DNA of 63,440 bases, counting the filler. It is 8 parts of 8 records of this genome, joined end to end, with 100 filler letters (N's around TTAATTAATTAA, not from the genome) between each part and the next. Parts side by side here need not be neighbours in the genome. Positions count along the whole stretch, not along the records: positions 1 to 7,983 come from SRR31156797_9229; positions 8,084 to 15,104 come from SRR31156797_9238; 6 more parts are not named here. One strand, 5' to 3'. Under the pieces are notes generated by a model that saw nothing but the letters and a program-made list of their open reading frames with translations, was not told where the DNA came from and searched no databases. Position numbers and translations under genes: made by a program. This document shows positions 1 to 9,126 of this stretch, in pieces. Within the stretch, counting starts at the first letter, position 1, and the number at the start of each line of letters is the position of its first letter.

Positions 1-1
1 C

Positions 2-27
2 TATGAGAGATAGATTTATCTCTCATA
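2..27. promoter_or_regulatory. Perfect 11-bp inverted repeat (terminator or operator) upstream of the operon
   Basis: TATGAGAGATA-GATT-TATCTCTCATA. Confidence 0.45.
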
Positions 28-128
28 TATAAATTCACACTTAATATTTTACTATCAACACATAATAAATATGCTTATTTTATATTAAGATAACTATTGA
101 TATTATTTCACATTTTTAAAGGACTTCT

Positions 129-542
129 ATGAAAAATATCAATATATTGGAATATAAACTACAAAAAATAAATCAATCTCTCCAAGTACTTATCAAAAGA
201 TATCAAGCAGATAGAGTATCCACTTTAACACAAAATGATTTATTTCTAAAAGATATAACTGAAATAAAAGACAACATACACAATAAAAAGAATCAACTAT
301 CTACTCTTTCAAAAGAAGAGGAAGACAAGTATTTATTAAAAGATGATTTTATTTCAATCTATTTATCAAAAGAATTCCAAGACTTAAAAGAAAATAGTAT
401 TAACGGTATTAAAAATGAATTAGAAATAAAATTTAAAGAAGAACTTCTTACATATAAAAATGAGAACAAATTACTAAAATCAATTTTAATAATTGCAATT
501 CCTATTTGTCTAATAGTATCAATATTAGCTCTACTAAAATAA
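129..542 (+). CDS. Hypothetical coiled-coil protein with C-terminal membrane anchor
   Basis: 137 aa ORF, AAGGA RBS, K/E/L-rich helices, hydrophobic tail ILIIAIPICLIVSILALLK. Confidence 0.7.
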   Translation: MKNINILEYKLQKINQSLQVLIKRYQADRVSTLTQNDLFLKDITEIKDNIHNKKNQLSTLSKEEEDKYLLKDDFISIYLSKEFQDLKENSINGIKNELEIKFKEELLTYKNENKLLKSILIIAIPICLIVSILALLK

Positions 543-554
543 AAAGGATTTATA

Positions 555-1355
555 ATGTTAACCTTTTCAATACTTACAACAATTTTAATGATTGCCTTTT
601 ACCTTTTTAATAAATATGATAAATACTCCAAAGATGTAATTATTCTCAGTACCCTTTTTACAATTGCAACAACTTGGTCAATTTATTTATTGATTGATAC
701 ACAAAGAGTATCTTTATATATTCAAATACTAATACTACTTACACTTATATTTTGTTTATATTATATTAGTTCTTTTAATATGGAAAAAAAAACTTCTATT
801 ATATATGCAAAGCAACAGAACTACTGGGGAATAAAAGAGAGTAAGGTAATAAATACATTTAAAAAACGTTCAAATGAAAAAAGTGATAGAATTGAAGTTT
901 CTGCTCCTTCTGAATTATTATATATTGAAGAGAAAAATAATAAAATCATTTCAAATCATACAATTGCTTATTTTAAAAAACTAGAAAGCTTATACAAACC
1001 TACAATAATAAATAATATAAATGAAATAGAAAAATTTAAACTTTATAATAAAATCTTTAAAAAAATCTCAACTCACCTTGAAAAAGATAAAGAAATATTT
1101 TTAGACTATAACTCAATTTTATCAAAATTTGAAAACAACCTTGAATTATTTATTATTCACATATGGGATACATATAGTAAAGATTTTAATATAGGTATTG
1201 GTCAATTAGAAACGATGACTGAAGGAGATGAACTTTTAACTGAATTTATAAATGCCTTAGATAATACAAATTTAAAAATGATAAAACTAAAAGGTTCTTT
1301 TTTACAATACAAATATGAAAAATTTCTTGAGGAGAAAGGATTAAAAAATGGCTAA
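555..1355 (+). CDS. Hypothetical membrane protein (about 3 N-terminal TM helices), T4SS-associated
   Basis: 266 aa ORF, AAGGA RBS, overlaps the start of the coupling protein gene. Confidence 0.7.
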   Translation: MLTFSILTTILMIAFYLFNKYDKYSKDVIILSTLFTIATTWSIYLLIDTQRVSLYIQILILLTLIFCLYYISSFNMEKKTSIIYAKQQNYWGIKESKVINTFKKRSNEKSDRIEVSAPSELLYIEEKNNKIISNHTIAYFKKLESLYKPTIINNINEIEKFKLYNKIFKKISTHLEKDKEIFLDYNSILSKFENNLELFIIHIWDTYSKDFNIGIGQLETMTEGDELLTEFINALDNTNLKMIKLKGSFLQYKYEKFLEEKGLKNG

Positions 1356-3249
1356 TGAAAATGTTATTCATGAAAAACTCCAAGAGAGAGTTTACAAACC
1401 TAAAAGAACTACTTTTTTAGAATTTTTTAAAAAAAATAGTTTTTTTAATATGCTCATAAAATCAACTATATTTTTAGGGGTGTTAACTACTATCTATAGT
1501 ATGTATTTTTATTATGAACACGGTTTATTTGAAAAATATTTTACTTATTTTTCTTTATCAATCGCAATTGCAACAGCTATAATACTTTTTTTCAATAAAC
1601 AAGAAAAAAAACACCTAAATGAAAATCTCGTGGAAAATACTTCTGAAAATGAGTATCTACTTTCCCTAGGAAAAGAAGTAAAAGATTTTTATGGTGATGC
1701 AAAAAAATCTTCTTTTAGCAACAATATAAAAAGACAAATCCTTTACAATTCAGAAAAATTCAAAAGACATATGATGATTCTAGCAACAATTGGAGCTGGA
1801 AAAACTTACTTAATGAAAGGATTAGCTGAACAACAAATTATATTAGGTGGAGGTTCTTTTATTATTGATGGGAAGGGAACTTCTGAATTTGCAAAAGAGA
1901 TGTATGCTTTATCTTGTCTCTACGGCAGAGAAAAAGATTTTATTCATATTAACTTATTAGATATGGATAACACCCACTCTATTAATCCTTTACAAAGTGG
2001 TAGTGTTAACTCTTTATATGAGATTCTTATTTCTCTTCTTATTGGAGAGGAAGACCAATGGAAAGCAAAGCAAAAAGAGTTTATGAAAAATGTTTTAAAG
2101 CTACTTGTTTATAAAAGAGACTATGAAAATCAAGATCTTAACTTCTCTGTATTAACAGAATACATGAGTCTATCAAAGCTTCTTAATGAAGCTATTTTAT
2201 ACAAAGATGATGCAAAAAGAGACTCATCACTTTTGGATTTTATAAAGTTTGTAGCCTCATCTATTGCCATAGACTACAATGAGTTTTTAAACCACAATAT
2301 TCAAATTGACTATACAGCAGACAAGCACCTCTACCCTAAAGGCAGAATTATTGAACAAGAAAATGCTTTTTTAAAAAAAGCTTTTTCAAATATTAACGGT
2401 GGAGAAAAAATCCAAGGAGTATATGATGCAAGTGTAAGTATAAATGCATGGAGAGGAGTAATCACAACATTAGGAAGTGATTATAAAAATGTCTTTAATG
2501 CTAAAGACCCTACAACTTCACTTTGGGAAGTTATACAACACAATAAAATACTTTTTGTCACTCTTCCTACAATGGATTCTGATACTACACCCAAAGAGCT
2601 AGGAAGACTTATGCTTGGCCTCTTAAAAGGTGTTGCCCAACAAAAAGCAAAGCTCGCAATTCAACCAAAAATTCCATTTCTAGCAATGTTTGATGAAATT
2701 GGTTCTTACATTATAAACGGATTTGGACTCTTGATGTCAAAATGTAGATCACTAGGAATATCAATAATTCCTATTTTCCAATCTTTCGCTCAAATTGATG
2801 TTGTAGATAATGGAAAAGGATTAGAAACAAAACAAATGTTAGATGTAACAGGAACTTTAATTGTAATGAAGGTAACTAGCTCTGATGTAACCGATATGAT
2901 AAATAAAAAAATAAAACAAAATCGGTTTTTAGATCGAACTTATCAAGAAAAAAGAATAGGCTCTTCAGGGCAAACAAATGCTGAGGATAGTTTTCAGGTT
3001 CTTCAAGAAGATGCAATTAAACATTATGAAGTAGAAAAAATGAATAGTGGAGAAATGCTTGTAGTCACAGATGGAGAAATTTACAAAGCTATTGCAAATG
3101 CAGAAAGAAATGTTTTAGAAAAAGGTAAAGTAGTTACTTATGAAGGTAAAGACTTAACAAAAAAAATTCCGCTTACTCAATACATGAATAAAGAAGAATT
3201 TTTTAAACAAATCAATAAAAATAAAAATCATTGGGAACAAGGAGCATAA
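1348..3249 (+). CDS. Type IV secretion coupling protein (TraD/VirD4/DotL-IcmO-like ATPase)
   Basis: Two N-terminal TM helices, RHMMILATIGAGKT Walker A, IIDGKG, HSINPL, MFDEIGSY Walker B, SKCRSLG..IFQS..Q motif. Confidence 0.9.
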   Translation: MANENVIHEKLQERVYKPKRTTFLEFFKKNSFFNMLIKSTIFLGVLTTIYSMYFYYEHGLFEKYFTYFSLSIAIATAIILFFNKQEKKHLNENLVENTSENEYLLSLGKEVKDFYGDAKKSSFSNNIKRQILYNSEKFKRHMMILATIGAGKTYLMKGLAEQQIILGGGSFIIDGKGTSEFAKEMYALSCLYGREKDFIHINLLDMDNTHSINPLQSGSVNSLYEILISLLIGEEDQWKAKQKEFMKNVLKLLVYKRDYENQDLNFSVLTEYMSLSKLLNEAILYKDDAKRDSSLLDFIKFVASSIAIDYNEFLNHNIQIDYTADKHLYPKGRIIEQENAFLKKAFSNINGGEKIQGVYDASVSINAWRGVITTLGSDYKNVFNAKDPTTSLWEVIQHNKILFVTLPTMDSDTTPKELGRLMLGLLKGVAQQKAKLAIQPKIPFLAMFDEIGSYIINGFGLLMSKCRSLGISIIPIFQSFAQIDVVDNGKGLETKQMLDVTGTLIVMKVTSSDVTDMINKKIKQNRFLDRTYQEKRIGSSGQTNAEDSFQVLQEDAIKHYEVEKMNSGEMLVVTDGEIYKAIANAERNVLEKGKVVTYEGKDLTKKIPLTQYMNKEEFFKQINKNKNHWEQGA

Positions 3250-3250
3250 T

Positions 3251-3943
3251 ATGGGATTAATAATACTTGGATTATTTCTTATTTATATAATAGTTGTATA
3301 TCTTCTTTCTATTTTTATATTTAAAAGAAAACTAATATCTAGACTTTTTTTAAGTTTTTGTCTTATTTTCCCTTTTTGGGATATACTCTTACAAAATACT
3401 ACTGCTTTATATTACTCATCATTAAATCCAAACTTTAAAGTATTTCATCAAGCAGAACTTGATAAAAATGGAAAAGTAGAGAGTATTGCATATCTTGAGG
3501 GGACACGAGCAAGTAATTACTACACACCTACTCAACTTAATAAATACTATACAAAAGAATTTAATATGGTAAGTGATTTTTTAGAATTTTTAGTAAAAGA
3601 TGAAGAAGGTAAAGAAAAAATACTAAAGATAAAAAAACTATCTCAAGGTAACTATAAATTTGAACTAAATGAAAAATCTCAAGCACGATATAAAGTATAT
3701 ATAGAAGAAGTTACAGTTAGCTTCTACTATAAACATGGATACAAAAAGATTTTAGATACAAAAGAAAATAAATTAATGGCAGAAAGCTACTACTTATATT
3801 TTAAAGAATTTAGTGAATATTTTAGAACAAAAGTTTTATATATGGTTACAGGGGTAGGAACCAGTGCTTTTAGAGAGCCTAATGAAACATCTTACAATAG
3901 TGAATTCTTATTAGAAGAAATTGGAATAAAGGATAAAAAATGA
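3251..3943 (+). CDS. Membrane-anchored hypothetical protein, putative immunity protein of the downstream lipase
   Basis: Two N-terminal TM helices ending in IFPFWD; 4-nt overlap with the lipase gene; immunity role is inferred from position. Confidence 0.6.
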   Translation: MGLIILGLFLIYIIVVYLLSIFIFKRKLISRLFLSFCLIFPFWDILLQNTTALYYSSLNPNFKVFHQAELDKNGKVESIAYLEGTRASNYYTPTQLNKYYTKEFNMVSDFLEFLVKDEEGKEKILKIKKLSQGNYKFELNEKSQARYKVYIEEVTVSFYYKHGYKKILDTKENKLMAESYYLYFKEFSEYFRTKVLYMVTGVGTSAFREPNETSYNSEFLLEEIGIKDKK

Positions 3944-4938
3944 ATTTAGTAGAAAAATTAAAAGATAATGGACTTTTAGCTGAGTTTGCTTACCTAAGAC
4001 TAGAAGATAATGCTTTCAAGGATGACTACAAAGAATATTCAGATTCAAATATTGTTAGGAATTATATTCAAGGTTTAACAAAAAAAGGAGAAGAATCTTA
4101 CACTCTTAAAAAAGAAACATCCCCTCTTACAGAAGAGCAATTAGAAAAAATAACAGACATAAAACCTGAAAGAAGAGATGAGATGCTTGCTCTTTTAGAT
4201 AAATATGATATAAAAGAGTTTTCAAGTGATGATGGTTTTTTAAGTTCGGATTTCCAAGGAATGCTTTTACAAAACAAAGAAACAGGGGAATATACCATTG
4301 CATTTAGAGGAACAGAAAGTGAAAAAGATTGGTTAGTAGATGCATCAATTGCACTTGATGTAAACCCTCAATACAATGAAGCAGTAGAGTTTACTAAATA
4401 TTGTATGGAAAAATATGATATAAAAAAAGAAGATTTAACTCTTACAGGTCACTCCCTTGGTGGTATTCTTGTTCAAATGGTAGGCTCAAATCTTGAAATA
4501 AAAGGATTTGCATATAATCCTTTAGGCTCATTTGATTTAGTTCATCCTGTATTCCCAAATGCCTTTGAAGCACTTGAAAGATTTGAATTATATAGCTCTC
4601 CAGCTGCAAAATTTGCAAAAGAGAATATTATTAATATTTCATATAATGATACTGGTTTATTAAATGGAGATATATTATCAAATTTTGCAACAGAGATTTC
4701 TGGAACTCAACATCTAGGAAGAGTCGTAAATATTATTGGAGAAAACTTAGGTTTAGATGCACATAGTATGATACCAAGTAATATACTACTTGATAAATTA
4801 TATAAAAACAATATCCAATCTTTAGAGGATATAGAAAAATATAATATTCAAATAATTGAACAGGAGAGTTTAAATAGCCATCAACAAAGACAAAAAGATT
4901 GGCAAAGCATGACACCAAGCAAAAAGCAACTGCAATAA
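3940..4938 (+). CDS. Alpha/beta-hydrolase lipase (Lipase_3/DUF2974 Mbeg1-like), putative antibacterial phospholipase effector
   Basis: IAFRGTE..DW..D, TGHSLGG nucleophile elbow, late DAHSM His motif. Confidence 0.85.
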   Translation: MNLVEKLKDNGLLAEFAYLRLEDNAFKDDYKEYSDSNIVRNYIQGLTKKGEESYTLKKETSPLTEEQLEKITDIKPERRDEMLALLDKYDIKEFSSDDGFLSSDFQGMLLQNKETGEYTIAFRGTESEKDWLVDASIALDVNPQYNEAVEFTKYCMEKYDIKKEDLTLTGHSLGGILVQMVGSNLEIKGFAYNPLGSFDLVHPVFPNAFEALERFELYSSPAAKFAKENIINISYNDTGLLNGDILSNFATEISGTQHLGRVVNIIGENLGLDAHSMIPSNILLDKLYKNNIQSLEDIEKYNIQIIEQESLNSHQQRQKDWQSMTPSKKQLQ

Positions 4939-5369
4939 GAAATGGCTATGGCTTAGGTTTAAGTTACAACACACAAGGAATAGATGATTTAAAAGATTTA
5001 TCAATTGAATTTGCTCAAAAGTTTGAAGAAAATCCAAGTCAAAAAATTAAAGAAATAAATCTAGCAATAAATAATATTCAAAATCAACAAACACATAATG
5101 AAAAAATAGAACTTCTAAAACAAACAAGTATTGCTTCAAATTTTGATAACCCCTACTCTAAAGAATTAATTGAGCAATACCAAGAAAAAGTTATTGAAAA
5201 TCAAGGACTAGAAGTATCTGCTTTAGACTTTATAAAGATGGAAATAACTCCTAATCAAATAGTCGCATCAAATAATCTTGAAAACTTAGAAAAGCAAGAG
5301 AATTCATACTTCTCTTTTGAATCAAATCAAAATGAAGAGAAGAATTCACCAATTCAAACAATAAGTTAA
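4899..5369 (+). CDS. Probable frameshifted C-terminal domain of the lipase (Q/N/E-rich tail)
   Basis: TTG start without a clear RBS, 40-nt overlap with the lipase; adding one nucleotide near 4917 joins the frames as WQSMTPxQKATAIRNG. Confidence 0.55.
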   Translation: MAKHDTKQKATAIRNGYGLGLSYNTQGIDDLKDLSIEFAQKFEENPSQKIKEINLAINNIQNQQTHNEKIELLKQTSIASNFDNPYSKELIEQYQEKVIENQGLEVSALDFIKMEITPNQIVASNNLENLEKQENSYFSFESNQNEEKNSPIQTIS

Positions 5370-5384
5370 TAAAAGGAAATAAAT

Positions 5385-6515
5385 ATGATATGGTTACAAG
5401 TAGAAGAAGAAAGCTATTATACACAAGAAAAGTATAGAGAGTTTCAAGAAAAATATCAAAAAGAAAAATATATTCTCTTCCCTTCTGAAGATGATATCAT
5501 AGAAAACATATCATTTAGTCCAATATTTATTGCACCATATGACGTACCAAAGAGATTCAAAACCTTAATTCCTCAAGTTAAAATAAATAGTGAATTTGGA
5601 GCACTTACTAGTCAAGAAAAAAAACTAGGTGTATCAAGTGCTCAAGCGTTGGAAAAAAGATTAGGAATCACAATAGTTGACCCTGATTACTCTATTAATG
5701 ACATTGGAGGTGCTTTTGGTTTAAAAGAATGGACAAAAGATTATTTATGTGCTGAAAAAAAAGGTTATAAAGTTAAAGCAATACTACTTGCAGGAATTCC
5801 AGGAACAGGAAAAACATTTTTTGCGAAATGCTTTGCAGGTGAAACTAATAGAAAATTAGTATTTTTAAATTTAAGTGATATCCTTGCAAAAGAAGAACCT
5901 ATTTCAGAGCTTGATAAAATTCACACTTACCTTAGTCACTTCAAGAATGACAAATTTGTAATTCTTTTAGATGAAATTGAAAAAATGATAGGAAATCAAT
6001 CTCCAGAAGAAAAACAAATGCTTGGAGCATTTTTAACCGTTTTAAATGAAATGCATACAAAATCATCCAAATATAAATTTGATGTAATTTATATCGCAAC
6101 TGCAAACAACCTAACAAGTATCCTTACTCACAACCCAGAATTTTTAAGAAGAGGAAGGTTTGATGAACTCTTTTTTATAAACATCCCTGACCTAGAAAGT
6201 GCAAAAGATATAATTAAATTATACGCAAAGAAATTCAATTTAGACCATGTATTTGATATATGTTCTATTGATGAAATAATAAATATTGTAGAAGATCAGT
6301 ACTTAAAAGATAATGCACAAGCAAATAAATTCCCCTATTCTCCTAGTGAAATAGAAACTTTTTTTAAACTTTTAGACTTCAAAGAAAAAGCAAGAGGAGA
6401 AATCACTGAGGATATTATAATTGAAGTTATTATGTCAGTAATACCTATTATAAAGAGTGCAAAGGATGGAATAAACGCCATGATTGGACAAAGAGAGCTT
6501 TTTTTAGAAATATAA
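5385..6515 (+). CDS. AAA+ ATPase (Ycf46-like)
   Basis: GIPGTGKT Walker A, ILLDEIEK Walker B, ATANN sensor-1, PEFLRRGRFDELFF second region of homology. Confidence 0.9.
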   Translation: MIWLQVEEESYYTQEKYREFQEKYQKEKYILFPSEDDIIENISFSPIFIAPYDVPKRFKTLIPQVKINSEFGALTSQEKKLGVSSAQALEKRLGITIVDPDYSINDIGGAFGLKEWTKDYLCAEKKGYKVKAILLAGIPGTGKTFFAKCFAGETNRKLVFLNLSDILAKEEPISELDKIHTYLSHFKNDKFVILLDEIEKMIGNQSPEEKQMLGAFLTVLNEMHTKSSKYKFDVIYIATANNLTSILTHNPEFLRRGRFDELFFINIPDLESAKDIIKLYAKKFNLDHVFDICSIDEIINIVEDQYLKDNAQANKFPYSPSEIETFFKLLDFKEKARGEITEDIIIEVIMSVIPIIKSAKDGINAMIGQRELFLEI

Positions 6516-6523
6516 AAATTTAA

Positions 6524-6560
6524 TAATATTTTAAGATATATAATTAATATTTAAGATATA
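6524..6560 (+). repeat. Tandem direct repeat in the intergenic promoter region
   Basis: TAATATTTTAAGATATA (6524-6540) and TAATATTTAAGATATA (6545-6560). Confidence 0.5.
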
Positions 6561-6598
6561 ATAATTTTTTATATTTATTTATAATATATAGGATTATT

Positions 6599-7096
6599 AT
6601 GTCGATTTATTTTTCAAAATATATCTTTTTTTTATGGTACTTCTTTCATCGAAATATAAAGGTTCTTTCTAAAAAGAGAAATGAATTAATCATACAAACT
6701 GAATTAAAAAAACTTACTTTAAAAAAAAATAAAAAATCGTTAAAACAATATTTATTAATTAAATATATACCCATTTTATTTTTTTTATTTCTTACTATTT
6801 CAATACAAGAAATTATGAATTTAGACTTAATAATTATTCTTGCACCTTTATTTATAATTTTAAACCTATTGTTCTTTACATATAGAAGAGTAGTTATTCC
6901 TATTTCAATTTGTGCGGCTTTAATTATTTTTATTTTTTACGACATATTAGTTCTGCCACTTTTCATTAAATACCTGATTGTAAGTTATATTTTCATTGAA
7001 ATATATCTCGATATTTTTAAAAGAGAAATTTATTATGTCTTTGAGGAAGATAGTAATCAAAAACCAGTTGCTTTTGCAATACAAATAAAGGAGTAA
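6599..7096 (+). CDS. Hypothetical multi-pass membrane protein
   Basis: 165 aa ORF with about 4 hydrophobic segments; AGGA RBS. Confidence 0.65.
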   Translation: MSIYFSKYIFFLWYFFHRNIKVLSKKRNELIIQTELKKLTLKKNKKSLKQYLLIKYIPILFFLFLTISIQEIMNLDLIIILAPLFIILNLLFFTYRRVVIPISICAALIIFIFYDILVLPLFIKYLIVSYIFIEIYLDIFKREIYYVFEEDSNQKPVAFAIQIKE

Positions 7097-7099
7097 TAA

Positions 7100-7855
7100 T
7101 TGAAAAAGATATTATTTTTTTCGCTTTGTATCTCTTCTATTATCCTGGCAAGGAATGTAGAGATAAGTAATAGTCCACTAAAACCTAGTAATTTTGCCTT
7201 ACCAGAAGAGAAACAAACAAGAGGACGTTCAAATAAAAAACTTGAAGATTTAAATATAAATAAATTTTATTTAAATATTGATTCTCAAAAAGTAAAAGAG
7301 GTACAATCAAAAGATAAATCAAATAAACATTTACTTGATAAATTTGATAATATCACAATAAATCAAAAACCTGTTATAAAAAGTATCACATCTCAAGATG
7401 CTATTTCTATACATCCATACTTCACAACTACAATATTATTACCAAAAGGAAGTATTATCTCTTTTGCAAGAGGGAAAAGGTTCGAAAAAATTCTTTTTGA
7501 CCAAAATATGCTTACAGTAGATGTTGATAATAGTTTTGATAGAGGAAACCTAGTTATTGTATATTCTGAAAAGAAACAAAATAAAATCTTGAATCTAATG
7601 ATTAAAAGATTCGATAAATCAGAAATAAAAAAAGAAGTTCTAAATACAGTTTATTCATATAAAAACTACAAACCCTTAAGTGATGTAGAAGTTATTCAGG
7701 CTTATATAAAAGAATATAACTCATACCCAATGAAAAAATTTAACTACTTGTATGTTGCTGATGTAGTTTATAGAATTGTGCTTGATAACGAATATGGAAA
7801 TGTATTCGTAAATGGAAATAAATATAGAATAGACAACGGTTTAGTATATAAATAG
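7100..7855 (+). CDS. Secreted T4SS core-complex-like protein (VirB9/TraK-like)
   Basis: Signal peptide MKKILFFSLCISSIILA; ISIHPYFTTTILLPKG resembles the VirB9/TraK N-terminal beta motif; AAGGAG RBS; context. Confidence 0.5.
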   Translation: MKKILFFSLCISSIILARNVEISNSPLKPSNFALPEEKQTRGRSNKKLEDLNINKFYLNIDSQKVKEVQSKDKSNKHLLDKFDNITINQKPVIKSITSQDAISIHPYFTTTILLPKGSIISFARGKRFEKILFDQNMLTVDVDNSFDRGNLVIVYSEKKQNKILNLMIKRFDKSEIKKEVLNTVYSYKNYKPLSDVEVIQAYIKEYNSYPMKKFNYLYVADVVYRIVLDNEYGNVFVNGNKYRIDNGLVYK

Positions 7856-7864
7856 GAGTAGCCA

Positions 7865-7983
7865 ATGAACAAAAAATATTTCAAAATAGGTTTTATTATT
7901 TTTTTTATTCTATTTGTAATCTTTATTATAATAAGAAAAATGAGTATTGATAGTCAATTAGAATCTAAAACCACACTAGATAA
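7865..7983 (+). CDS. 5' fragment of a bitopic membrane protein (possibly VirB10/TraB-like), truncated by contig end
   Basis: AGGAG RBS then MNKKYFKIGFIIFFILFVIFIIIRK... Confidence 0.5.
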
Positions 7984-8083
7984 NNNNNNNNNNNNNNNNN
8001 NNNNNNNNNNNNNNNNNNNNNNNNNNNTTAATTAATTAANNNNNNNNNNNNNNNNNNNNNNNNNNNNNNNNNNNNNNNNNNNN
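7984..8083. other. Artificial contig linker
   Basis: N-run/TTAATTAATTAA/N-run, 100 nt. Confidence 0.99.
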
Positions 8084-8635
8084 TAGTAGGTTAAAGATAG
8101 ACTGCTCTACGGTCTTGTTTATTGGATTATTTGACAGTAATGGAGAAGAAGATTTTATGATGTCTTCCTCGGATATAATTGTTAGGTGGGCAATATCACG
8201 TAAACTAACTGTTCGAGTTGTACCCTTTGCTTTGCTTTTTACAACTTTCATCCCTGACAGTCCGAGGTACTTCAGTAAGTAGTTTGAAAGATTGTCATCA
8301 TTTTCTGCATTGTGTTTCGGGGCTAAATCCTTCACTTTTTTCCCTTCTTTAAAAAGAGTGAAGGCCCCACCTTTTAAAGCTCTTTTGAAGGTTAAAATTT
8401 CTCCGCCATTTAAGGTGAGGTCCATTATTACGGTGTCATAAGGCTCTGCTTCGGGATAATCATATGTCAAACCCTTAGCCCCGAACATGAAATCTATACA
8501 CTGAAGAATAAATGTCTTTCCTGTATCCGACGGACCAGTAATAATGTTGAGCCCTTTATCAAGGACGACTTCAGCATCTTCGATGTCTGGACCAGACAAG
8601 GCTATCCTGGATATATAGAATCTATTTAAGCTCAT
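8084..8635 (-). CDS. lmuB: SMC-like ABC ATPase of an ABC-three-component/Lamassu defence system (3' truncated)
   Basis: GLNIITGPSDTGKT Walker A; 4-nt overlap with the middle-component gene. Confidence 0.85.
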
Positions 8636-9126
8636 GATTGTTCACCCCACCATAATACAGACTCCTGTTCAAATTCAGCTCCCCATTCACCCAAATGCCT
8701 GTTTATATATTCTCCTAAATCTGTATCAGTCATCTCCCCAAAAGAATTGATAACCCACATTGAACGATCCCGTAATAGAGAAACATAATCTGTAATTAGG
8801 GAATCAAGAAAAGAAGCTGTCAGCTCGGAAGCTGAATACTGAATTCCATTCTCAAAATGTCTTTCAATCAATCCTCTGCTCATATAAAGCATAAGTCCCT
8901 GCTCAAGAGTTTTTCTCCTAACAAGTATTTCTCCGCTTCTATGAGGTGTTTTGGGATGTAGTCCAGGAGGACCGCCGTCAACATCATCGGAATGAATCGT
9001 TAAGTAGTCGAAATAAACCAGTTGCTGCAAACTATATCTCTGTGGGTATCCATCACAAAGAATAGATGTTGAGCGGAGCCCTATCTCAATTGGGCTATTA
9101 AACGGGATACTCAGTCTTTCACCCAT
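8632..9126 (-). CDS. lmuC: ABC-3C middle component (MC2-like)/Lamassu LmuC
   Basis: PFNSPIEIGLR..LVYFDYL..HS.D..GP..LHP..P.R.GE..VRR motifs; lies between effector and ATPase. Confidence 0.85.
   Translation of the reverse strand: MGERLSIPFNSPIEIGLRSTSILCDGYPQRYSLQQLVYFDYLTIHSDDVDGGPPGLHPKTPHRSGEILVRRKTLEQGLMLYMSRGLIERHFENGIQYSASELTASFLDSLITDYVSLLRDRSMWVINSFGEMTDTDLGEYINRHLGEWGAEFEQESVLWWGEQS

Larger units (their letters stand above)
1..7983 (+). mobile_element. Fragment of a conjugative plasmid/ICE transfer region (AT-rich, Campylobacterota-like)
   Basis: Co-oriented genes including a type IV coupling protein, a VirB9/TraK-like secreted protein and several membrane proteins; very low GC; AAGGA-type RBSs. 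Confidence 0.75.
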
